From the NCBI GenBank assembly GCA_030704615.1, contig CM060734.1:30690001-30754000 (forward strand): a stretch of DNA of 64,000 nt, given 5' to 3'. Positions 13,551 through 24,190 of this stretch are shown here, one piece after another. The DNA is from Takakia lepidozioides (lineage: Eukaryota > Plantae > Bryophyta). Position numbers and translations under genes: made by a program. The first letter of the stretch is position 1. Every line of letters starts with the position of its first letter. The notes beneath the pieces are model-generated. The model did no database searches, had not been told where the DNA came from, and was given only the letters and a program-made list of their open reading frames with translations.

Positions 13551-15420
13551 CTTTGCGTTAGATGAACTTCGGCGCCGAATCTCATCCAAGTCCTCCCTTC
13601 TAATTTTCCTTTTTCTTCGCGAGCAATGAATTTCGGCGCCGAAATTCATCCGAAGTCCTCCCGAATTTATTTTTTTCTCCGCGAGCAATGAATTTCGGCG
13701 CCGAAATTCATCCGAAGTCCTCCCGAATTATTATTTTTTTCTTCGGGAGCAATGAATTTCGGCGCCGAAATTCATCCGAAGTCCTCCCGAATTTTTTTTT
13801 TTCTTCGGGAGCAATGAATTTCGGCGCCGAAATTCATCCGAAGTCCTCCCGATTATTTTTTTTCTTCGCGAGCAATGAATTTCGGCGCCGAAATTCATCC
13901 GAAGTCCTCCCGAAATTCATTTTTTTTCTTTGCGAGCAATGAATTTCGGCGCCGAAATTCAACCGACTCCATCCCTCCAAATTCTTTTCAGGGTTTGAGC
14001 GCCGGATTTCGGCGCCGAAATTCATCCAATGCCCTCCCTCCAATATTTATTTTTCTTTGAAAAGGATGAATTTCGGCGCCGAAATTCATATTTACTGTCC
14101 GCAATGAGTAACTCTAATATACATTTTCTATGCGACGGATGAATTTCGGCGCCGAAATTCATCCAGAGCGAAGACTAAATCGGCACCATGCTATGCTTTG
14201 CCGCCATCATTGCCCTGACGGATGCTGTCCATGCCTGTTGGACTTGCCATTTCTGGACATTTAACTATAATTTCGGCGCCGAAATTATACTTTATGTGCG
14301 GCAACGTCCCGTGCGAAAAAGACCACTTAATGGATACTGTCGGTTTCAAATGAAAAAAAATGGCTAAAATACAATTAATTTTGACAGAATGGGTTCAATA
14401 TGCCGATTTCTCCATTAAATGCAGAATATTCCTGTTATCTTCGTCGGAACGGGGTATTCCAATGATTTACGGAAAATTATATCATCCAGAAGCAAATAGT
14501 AAGTGTCGGGTTTGGACGAATTTCGGCGCCGAAATTCATCCGTCGCATAGAAAATGTAATATTAGAATTACTCATTGCGGACAGTAAGGATGAATTTCGG
14601 CGCCGAAATTCATCCTTTTCAAATAAAAATAAATATTGGAGGGAGGGCAATGGATGAATTTCGGCGCCGAAATCCGGCGCTCAAACCTTGAAAAGAATTT
14701 GGAGGGATGGAGTCGGTTGAATTTCGGCGCCGAAATTCATTGCTCGCGAAGAAAAAATAAAATTCGGGAGGACTTCGGATGAATTTCGGCGCCGAAATTC
14801 ATTGCTCGCGAAGAAAAAAATAAAATCGGGAGGACTTCGGATGAATTTCGGCGCCGAAATTCATTGCTCGCGAAGAAAAAAATAAAATCGGGAGGACTTC
14901 GGATGAATTTCGGCGCCAAAATTCATTGCTCCCGAAGAAAAAAAAAAAATTCCGGGAGGACTTCGGATGAATTTCGGCGCCGAAATTCACTGCTCCCGAA
15001 GAAAAAAAAAAATTCGGGAGGACTTCGGATGAATTTCGGCGCCGAAATTCATTGCTCGCGGAGAAAAAAATAAATTCGGGAGCACTCTGGATGAATTTCG
15101 GCGCCGAAATTCATTGCTCGCGAGAAAAAGGAAAATTAGAAGGGAGGACTTGGATGAGATTCGGCGCCGAAGTTCATCTGTCACAAAGGAAAAAAAAAAA
15201 AAAAAATACTTCAGATGAATTTCGGCGCCGAATATGGATGAAATGTGCCCAAGTGCAGCCGTTTCCACTGTTCCGGAATTAATTCCGGCTCCGATATCCC
15301 ACTGACAGGTTTGCTCATGACGAATGAGGACTTGGGAAGCGATGAATTGCGGCGCCGAAATTTGTAAGTTTGTGTACGAAAGCACTTGAATATGATGAAT
15401 TTTGGCGCCGAAATTCATCC
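13100..15420. repeat. Array of 24-bp palindromes ATGAATTTCGGCGCCGAAATTCAT organised as a large inverted repeat
   Basis: About 25-30 copies, mostly 61-65 bp apart, with T-tracts in the left arm and A-tracts in the right arm. Arms ~13490-14165 and ~14515-15235 are reverse complements. Confidence 0.95.
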
Positions 15421-16084
15421 GTCCGCTGATGAAACGTACCGACCTGACTGTTGAATGTCATAGGCAGGGGATTTTCATGGTGGTTGGGTTTCATGATGTG
15501 CGGATATTTCATTCAATGTCGGCTGCTCCGGGAACAGCATCCGGTGAACGGAAGGTATTTCGGTGCCGCAATTCGGATAAACCATCTTGTACTGGTGGCT
15601 GGAACTGGCACGCGTCGTGTTCCAGTCGACTTCATCCGTGCGAACGTGTCAGGGGTCACAATCTCTTCATCACCCATACGGCAGAAAGTGGTGGACGGTG
15701 GCAACGTTTCGGGAGACGTGGCTGCTTACACATCTGCTCGTGTAGAGTGGTTGCATGTTCCACCGCTTCGCTCTCTCGCTCCTTGCCCTTCTGCAGTGAC
15801 ATTCTCCTGCGTTTCCTCTCCTTATGCGGCATAGTGGTAGCATAGAGTTTGTGGAAGGTCAGGTGACTCCGGCAAAGAGAAGGAGGACGCGGGATTTTGG
15901 GAAGCCGCCGACGACACGACTTAAGCTCCGTCTCATGCATGAAATGTAGACCTCGTTATCCGGAGACTCGGATCGCCCACCAGTGAGAGATTCGTGCTTT
16001 GCGGATGTGAAGCACTCCATACGCAATATTCCTTTACACCTTTTTTTTTGCGTGCAGTGTCTCATGTTTTCCTGTTTGTTTGAC

Positions 16085-17737
16085 ATGGGAGCTGGGGAAG
16101 GATCGCAGGGGGGCGAAGCAACACAGTCAACTTTGGATACTCCTGCCCGGGTGCTGCGCTCGCAAGGTGGAAGTGCATCGAGGCAGGCGAGTCCTCATTC
16201 AACACCTCAGATATCGCCTCAGAAAAGCCCACCTAGAGTTCGGAAGTCGAGGAAGCAGAAGGAGCCCATGGCTTCGCTAGTAAAACCCCTAGGGAGACTG
16301 GAAGCAGAGATATTGGGTTTGCAGTCAATTTCAAAAAACACGGATGCGGTGGAGGCCGCTGGAGATGTGGGAGTTGGATCTGCAGAAGGGCGGCCCATTG
16401 AGCTGACAGAAGGAGAGGACGACAACGTGGTACGACTTGGCGACGATCAGAACCTGCTGGAGCTTGCGGAGGAGCAAAACCTCCAGGACATTTCCTTCTC
16501 TGCAGACTCTTATCTTTCAGGCATTTTGCTTCGTGAAGAAACATTAGAAATTCAAATTACGTGAAACAGGAAGACTTGTTGATTCCATAGTTGATCCACT
16601 GGAGTATAACGTCCTGTTCAACCATGTGGGAGAGAAGGACATTCTTTGTGATTTGTCGGGCAAGCCATGGAGGTATGGCAGGACCAGGAGTCCTGCATTC
16701 ATCCCAGACGCTCATGGAAACATGTACGGATGTTGAAGGCAGGGTCCTTGACATCACTGCAAATACAGGTGAGAACGTTAATTGAATGCGGCACCAAAAT
16801 TGACACCATTTCCGTTTGTGTATGTTTGCTTGTGCGAGGAAGCGACTCATTCTTGAGTTTGGTTGTGGTTGTGTCGTATGAATTTGCAGGTGCCTGTATG
16901 TGGGCGGGAAGGATGTCGAACCGATTTGTGTTCTCATTTGAGGGGGATACGGCCTTGTACGATTACAATTTGGCGGGCCTTCAGCGTTTGCCTCCGACTG
17001 AGGATCCCAAAAACGCAGAAGATGACGTGGAAGGGGAGGAGGAAGATGAAGAGGAGGAAGTCCAGGAAATTCGTTCGATGCAGGGGCGCCCGAAGCCGCT
17101 TCCCCCAATGCCTGTCTTCGAGTGAGTTGCACCATAGTAAGTGTATTGGTTTCGGTTGTAGGGACCATGCAACCTGCCGATGATTCCCTGTTTGAATTCT
17201 CTAATGTACTTCATTCTATGTTTGTGCGTACACTAGCCTTGCAGAGTCGTCCGACGAGGAGAAGCTGGGAGACTTGCCCGAATCGGACCCTGTTGCAGAG
17301 GAAGAGACAGAATCGCATCGGCCATTCTTTGCCAGAAAATCGTTTCTCGCGAGTCCCCAAAAGCCTTTTTTCTACCAGCCTATGCAGACACGGATGCCAG
17401 AGAAGCCATCAGCAGGGAGGATAGGCCTACTCGGTTAGAGCAATTGACATACGGGAATGAGCAGAGAATTATAATGAGGCGTGAGGCCAAACATAGAATT
17501 GTGAAAGGCAGAGTAGGGAAGTTCGTAATAGAATCCGCGTCCGAGAGCGAGGGGAATGTTGAGGACACTTCCGCACGCAGGTGGACAGTTCCGGCTGGTG
17601 AGGATGGTATTTTTGAGGGGAGGGCTTCTCAGAGTAATAGCGGTAGCGGCAGTGCAGGTTCGGAGGCAGGTGGAAGGCAGCCATCCTTGCATGAGGCCGG
17701 GGATGCATCAGACAGTGATAGCGGATCCTCACCATAG
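16085..17737 (+). pseudogene. DNA amino-methyltransferase-like gene of MULE-1 (internally deleted, frameshifted)
   Basis: Low-complexity N-terminus from ATG 16085, then 'DPLEYNVLFN...PWRYGRTRSPAFI/QTLMETCTDVEGRVLDITANTG|ACMWAGRMSNRFVFSFEGD' (intron 16769-16889). Intron from 17122, then 'PFFARKSFLASP...RWTVPAGEDGIFE'. Same intron positions as the MULE-2 copy. Confidence 0.75.
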
Positions 17738-18525
17738 CAAAGTCTCATTTGGATCCTTTTGTTGTACAGTTCTGAAACACTTAATGAAAATATTGACGAT
17801 TTGAAAAATCATTGTGTTCAGACTGCTTGTCCGATTCCCTACATTTCTTCCGCCAACCAAAATGTATAATAAAAGCAGAAGAGACGCAAACTTCATTGAA
17901 GAACCCTACAAGTAATTTATGCACACCATCGAGCCGAGAACTTGAAGCCATGAAAACCCTGCCGTTTCTAACATTCCTATTGGGAAATTTGGCGCCGAAA
18001 TAGTCCAATGCGCGCCTTCGTTATATGGGCCTCAAAAATTCCACGGATGAATTACTGTACCAAAATATCGCGATGGAAGCCTTCAGCACAAGGCACTTCA
18101 GCACATTCCACTTGGGTATTTCGGCGCCCAAATAGCCCGTTCTGCGCCATTAAATACCGCACTATATCACATTTTAAGAGGTAATTTCGGTGCCGAAATA
18201 CCCCGGTGGATGTCTTCAAAACACCATTTTAGCACACTGCTCTTGGGAATAATGGCGCCGAAATACCTCATTCCGCATCCTGGACCAGGAGAAACAGACC
18301 CTATTACCGAGGTAAGAGGACATAACACCGTCAATAAAGGCAGGAAAATTCCAATTCCGCGGATGTCCGCTCATGAGCTCATAGGCTCATGGGCTCATGG
18401 GCTCATGCGCTCATGAAATAGTAAACCTCCCTTCCTGCACCCTTATCCTTCCAAATACCCTCCCTTACCAGATTGACAGAGCTTGATTGATCAATACCCT
18501 TTCCTTGTTTTTTTTTAGCAAAAGT

Positions 18526-19647
18526 CTATGCAGCAAAAGTCACCCTCTTTCCTTCTCCATCTGGCATTATGCCTGGTTTCAGTTCTCCCTTCAATATGCC
18601 ATGAGCCTTGGTCAACATTCCACCTGTGGAAGATCTTACTATGCCCGGAACGAACTCAAATGAAAAGTCACCAAGTAAGTCTATGCCTATGTGGTGCTCT
18701 GAGTACAGCCACCAATATGGATCTAGATCTGTTTCCAAAGAAAAATGACTTCCCAACAGTATTTTCTTGAAGTGCCAAAGGCCCCATACACATGCATAGT
18801 ACTCTTCTCTCTTGCAAATCATCTCCCCTTTTTCACTGCTATACCCTACTTGCCTATGAGCTTCTTCTGTCAACTCCTCCTTACCCTCCTTAAATTGAAA
18901 TAACGAAGCATTGATGGCACCCCTATCCCAAGCTTGCTTAAGAAGATAGGCTCCATCCCTCTTTCTCTCTTCTCTTTTCTGACTGTACAGAGAAGTAGAG
19001 TATACCTCGATTTCCTCGGTTTCCTCAGCTGGTCCCACTGGATACCTGCTTAGTGCATCTACGTTAGCATGCCTAGCACCCGCTCTGTGAACAATTTTAA
19101 ACTCAAAATCTTGTAACATCATGATCCATCTACCCCTGCGTCCATATGCGTCACTTACCGTTGCCAACCACTCCAGTGGTTTGTGATCAGTCCTGATTAC
19201 AAAAGGGGTTCCATACAGGTACTGCCTAAAGTGTAATACTCCCCATACCAAGGCATAGCATTCACCCTCCATAGGGTGATATTTGCGCTGAGCATCAGAT
19301 AGTACCTTACTGGCATATGCAATGACCCTCTCCTTTTTATATTCCTTTTGTGACAAGACTGCCCCTACTCCTTTGATGGACCAGTCAACATCCAAGACGA
19401 ACGGTCTTGAGAAATCTGGTCTTGCCAGGATGGGAGCAGTTACCAACTTCACCTGTAAGGCAGAAAAGGCGTTTTGTGCCTCTGCACTCCAGATAAACTT
19501 CACATCCTTCTTGGTTAGAGTGAACAAGGGTACTGCCACTCCAGCATATCCTTTGACATAGGGCCTATAGTACCCTGTCATGCCTAAGTAGCTTTTGAGA
19601 GCAGTGTGGTTTTTGGGCAAGGGAAAAGGCGTTTTGTGCCTCTGCAC
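18526..19647 (-). pseudogene. Gypsy pol: RT connection and RNase H, plus a second degenerate RNase H-like segment
   Basis: 'FVLDVDWS..GVGAVLSQ...IAYAS...EGECYALVWGVLHFRQYLYG..IRTDHKPL' and 'NVDALSR'. Confidence 0.9.
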
Positions 19648-22600
19648 TCCAGATAAACTTCACATCCTTCTTGGTTAGAGTGAACAAGGGTACTGCCACT
19701 CCAGCATATCCTTTGACATAGGGCCTATAGTACCCTGTCATGCCTAAGTAGCTTTTGAGAGCAGTGTGGTTTTTGGGCAAGGGAAACCTTTCAATATCAG
19801 CTATCTTATCTGGATCAGGCCACGTTCCCTCTTCAGAGATCACATGCCCAAGGAATACCAACTGTAAGTTGGCAAAGTAACACTTGTCCGGATTGAGCCT
19901 AAGATTGGCCTTTCTAACCTTGCTCAGTACTCTCTTTATATGTCCCACGTGATCTCCCCAGTCCTTGCTATGGATATTGACGTCATCTACAAAAACTTTA
20001 GCGCAATCTTTGATTTCTTCCTTGAGTACCCTATTCATTGTTCTCTGAAAGGTAGTAGTGGCATTTTTTAGCCCGAATGGCATGACTAGCCATTCATACA
20101 ATCCCTTCTTTGTGATCACTGTTGTTTTGCTTATGTCTCGGTCGTCCATTTTGATCTGCCAAAAACCAGATTGTAAATCCAGCGCAGAAAACCACTTGGC
20201 TTTCCCCAACTGGTTTAAAACATCTTGAATTAATGGCATAGGGTAAGAGTCCCTTCTGGTCAAACGGTTTATTGGCCTAAAATCACCACAAAACCGCTTG
20301 GATCCATCCTTTTTTGGTGGAAGGGTAACTGGACACGACCATTCTGAGCTACTCTCTCTCATCTTGCCTTGTGAGATCAAAGTCTCAATTTGTCCTTGGA
20401 CCTCGTTTTCCTCCCACTCTGATAGGCGGCTGGGACGACTTCTGCAAGGGGGAAAACCTTGTGTGTCAATTGTGTGTTCCACCTCATTGCAGTATCCCAA
20501 GTCAGCCTTGCTAAGAGCAAAACATTCCTGGCTTGCTTTCAGATCTTGCTCCAGCTCTATCCTATGTTCTGGGGCCAGTTCTGGGTTGATGTGCAGTCTG
20601 GATTTCAGACTTCTCCAACGACTCTCCATTTCTTCCTCTTGACTGGGTCCCCAACTCTTTCCCTCCACCTGGCTCACAGAGTTAGCCATTCTCTGTCCTT
20701 CCTCTTGTGTGACAACCTGATTCCAATCATGGAAGTCATCCTCTATTTCTAGGTTGTTGTTCCCTAGTTCACCATTCCAAGCTTTCTGGTAAGCTTCCTG
20801 TATTATGGCAGCAGCCATGCTTTTATGGGTCTCTTCTTGAGGGAGTTCAGACATCCCTTGGTCCTCGAACACGTCCTCCCCTAGGTTGACATCGTCTATT
20901 ATTTCCTCAACATCCCTCAGTGCTGTTTCTACCTCCTTACTCTCCTCATAGCCTCCCATCTCCTCACCTTTATCAGATTGAGAGGTGTCAGAACCTGAGG
21001 ATGATTCCTCCGTGTCCTCATATTCTTCCTCTGGTTTTCTTTTCTTCTCCCACAAGCCTAAGTACTGTTCATCTGACGTCAGGGTTAAGACATTACCTGC
21101 AGACGTACTGCCTGCATACCGCACTCTGCTCTCGACCCCTCTATGGCAGGCCGTTTTGGTAACTGCAGGCTCATTATAATTTATGGTGTGCAAAGGGAAG
21201 TGAGCAAAATCCTTTCCTGGCCCATAGCGCACTCGAATTGTTTCAGCTTCGGTATCAACTACAACGCCAAACTTTTTGAGAAAGTCTAATCCCAGCAGCA
21301 TGTGATATGTATCCGTGTTCACCACCATAAAGGACAAACGATTGGTCAGCTCTCCTACTTTGACCTTGATGTCCTCAAGTCTGCCCATTGCAGTCTCAAG
21401 AGCACCAGAGGCTACTCTGTAATTTACATCCTTACTAGTAATGACAGATCCCATCAGACCAAGATCCCTTACAGTACTCGCGGATATTACTGAGAGCATG
21501 GCACCTGTGTCAATCTGGCCTAATACTTGGTAATCTCCCATTGTAATCATCACATGAAGTGCCTTTACTTTACCAGTATAAGCATATGAGATTGTGGGTT
21601 CAGCGTGTGCTGAGTACAAAGGTCTTGGTACATCCCTCACAACTTCTACACTGTGAGTTGTCTCCCTTTGTTGTACCATTGCCCTTTCCACCACTTTGAC
21701 CAGCCCTTTCAATTTGTCTAGCTCTCCGGGCACAGTCATGATTAGATCCATGGGAGACAACGAGATTCTCCCTTTGTAGAAGTGGTTCAAGATTCTGGAT
21801 TTCGTACCTCCTTCTATGGCAGTCTTGAAATTGTTCTTTGGGTAGATTTCACCCTTGGTCCTGCTTGGCTGTTCACTGCTCTCACTATTCCTTTCTGGTG
21901 ACCCTGTAGGTTCAACAATCGGACTCTGGACAGGGATACGTGTCCTTGGAAGTCTGACTTCATTGATACTATTTTGTGACAGCATTTCTGCGAGTACATC
22001 ATCCTCATCATCATAGAACACATCTACAAAGTTAGTTCCCGGAGTTCCCATCATAGTCTGGTCGAGTTTTCTACTGCACTCACTCTCCGTATGCCCGAGT
22101 AGCTTGCAAAAGTTGCATCTCACACCACACATTTCCGTGGAATGCCCGAACCGGTGACATTTGTCACACTTAGCTGGGGTTCTTCCTTCAGGACAATATG
22201 CAGCTATGTGACCTTCTTTGTGACAAGCATTACAAAGGCGAACACGAGGTGGTGTTCTAGATCCCGAGCTTTCTCCTATGACTGGTCCCCTATCAAAGTA
22301 CTTCTGTAGGGTAGTGTTCAGCTGATCAAGTCTTCTGTCCACAGGGTTAACAAACACAACTGACTCATCTGTATCATCTCCTTCCAATGGCTCTAGAGGT
22401 ATTTCCCCTAACTTTCCCAGGCCCCTTTCAATCTCAATGGCTGTGTCAAGTGCTTCCTCTACATCAAGGAAGCGCCTGCCCAGCATTACTCTTGCTATTT
22501 CTGGTCTCAAACCTGCTGCAAATCTACGCCTTTGTTCCAAATCAGACGCCCCACTTCTTATAAATAACCGGTTCAACCTATCGAAGTATGTTTGAACCCT

Positions 22601-22933
22601 TTGTCTACTCTCCTGTTTGATGGTATCCATTCTTAGCCTGATTTTTGCCAAATCAATGATACCAAACTTGGCTGAAATGGCTGCCCTGAAATCTTCCCAG
22701 TTGTCTGGCCTAGGGTTTTGTTTGCGGTACCATTCATCAGCCTTGGCTCTCAGGTTGAGCCTTGCTACTTTGAAAGTTTTGTCCTCATTTAAATCCCTGA
22801 CATCTGCCTCCATCTGAATTCTTTCCAGCCAGTCATTCACATCCTCACTATTCCTCCCATGATAAGGCACATCTATGCTAGTTGGACTGGTCATTCTTCT
22901 ATACTCTAGTCGAAGTTCAAACTGTTTCAACAC
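19565..22933 (-). pseudogene. Gypsy gag-protease-reverse transcriptase, frameshifted by a 160-bp tandem duplication
   Basis: Retrotransposon gag, three CCHC knuckles, protease 'IDTGA', RT 'LDLQSGFWQI...MPFGLKNA...VFVDD'. Confidence 0.92.
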
Positions 22934-22965
22934 CTAATTCTGACTCTAATTTTCCTGCAACTCCC

Positions 22966-23289
22966 TTAATGTTGACCTCTATACCACTCCCACTGTCCAT
23001 TTCGCAACATCTCTACTCTACCTCCCCATGTCACCTCTCGTGCCATGGTATTTATCTTCACCCACCTTCCTAACTCTCTTATCCAAAGTGTTATGGTTGT
23101 TCTTCCACCAGTATGTATCACTCTAAGACATAAATCACCATTCGCTATTCTCCAAGCAGGGTTGAAGAAGTACAAACAAGGGTCTGCGTGTGCATTTGGT
23201 GTGCGTCTGCTGAAGCAAATCAGCACATCTCCAATGCTTGGTTCATCAGGAATCAGTGTGTGGTCTCTTCCTCCCATCAAACCATCCAA
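22966..23289 (-). CDS. Possible extra ORF upstream of Gypsy gag (107 aa, Trp-rich), unknown function
   Basis: Same strand as gag and ends 33 bp before it; protein-like composition; no motif recognised. Confidence 0.3.
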   Translation of the reverse strand: MDGLMGGRDHTLIPDEPSIGDVLICFSRRTPNAHADPCLYFFNPAWRIANGDLCLRVIHTGGRTTITLWIRELGRWVKINTMAREVTWGGRVEMLRNGQWEWYRGQH

Positions 23290-24190
23290 TACCAGTCAAG
23301 ATCCCTAGCTAGTAGAAATCAAGATTTAACATCAGCGAGGTTTACTATTTCATGAGCAGAAACCATGAGCCATGAGCCATGAGCCGCATGAGCCGCATGA
23401 GCGGTGAGCCGAAGTCTAAGATACGCGGATTTCATGAGCGGACTCCTCCAAATTTGGAAATGCGGCAGATTAAACAAGTATTAAAATAATTTTTTTTTTA
23501 ATTTTGACCTTGCCGTTTTTGGACGTTCCAGATCATGTAATGCGGCGAAGATATGTCGTCAGTAACAAGTCCGCTCATGGTTTTTTAGATCCGCTCATGG
23601 AAATAAGTGACCGTGCAACGGGAAATCCAGTATACCACTGCAAAAGGATGTCGCATACTGGCCTGTATAGAGTATTCCGCGGTTTTACATGCCTTAACAT
23701 TGGAATGAAGCTGACCCTTTTGCCGCGATTGAACCAATGGAGTCTGCACCAATACAGTCTGCAGTACTTCACAATTCTGTCTTCTTCGGGTATTCGGCGG
23801 GAAAGGTTTGCAACTGAACTGGGAAATAAGGTGCCGCATTAGGGTTCGCACGTGCGAAATTTCAGAGCGGTTTGGTGTTGGCGAAGGCCGCCTCTGCCAG
23901 TACCTACGACGATACTTGGAAATGCGGCGCCGCATTTCCTTGTCGGAGGTCGAATGAGGAAAGCAAGTTTTCGGAAAGCAGAAAAACATGAACCCTCCAA
24001 CATACAAAAATACATGCACGTGGAAGCAAGTGAACGATATAGTAATATCTTAGTTCGAGCAAAACAGGTTACTGGTAGGCAAGACATATGTCGGACCTTT
24101 CTGTGGCCAGAGTCTGAGGTACTGGCAGCAGTACAGTTCTACTATCCGAAAAGGATGGGCGTACCATTGTATTGGGACCACAAGCCAAGC

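Larger units (their letters stand above)
10234..18429. mobile_element. Mutator-like DNA transposon MULE-1 (non-autonomous deletion derivative)
   Basis: Termini GGGGGTTGCTATTCCATGAGC and reverse-complement GAGGTTTACTATTTCATGAGC (17/21 match), followed by CATGAGC repeats. 9-bp TSD CCTCCCTGC (10225-10233) / CCTTCCTGC (18430-18438). Contains a SWIM transposase remnant. Confidence 0.9.
6865..23336 (-). mobile_element. Ty3/Gypsy LTR retrotransposon B (gag-PR-RT-RH-INT order), interrupted by MULE-1 and truncated by MULE-2 and LTR-A
   Basis: Domain order PR-RT-RH-INT on the minus strand; the pol region continues on both sides of the MULE-1 insertion. Confidence 0.9.

Noticed and set aside
13100-15420. 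CRISPR array (palindromic ~24-bp repeats with ~38-bp spacers)
   Set aside because: Spacers are mostly copies of one another, the array is mirrored, no cas genes are present, and the context is a eukaryotic transposon.
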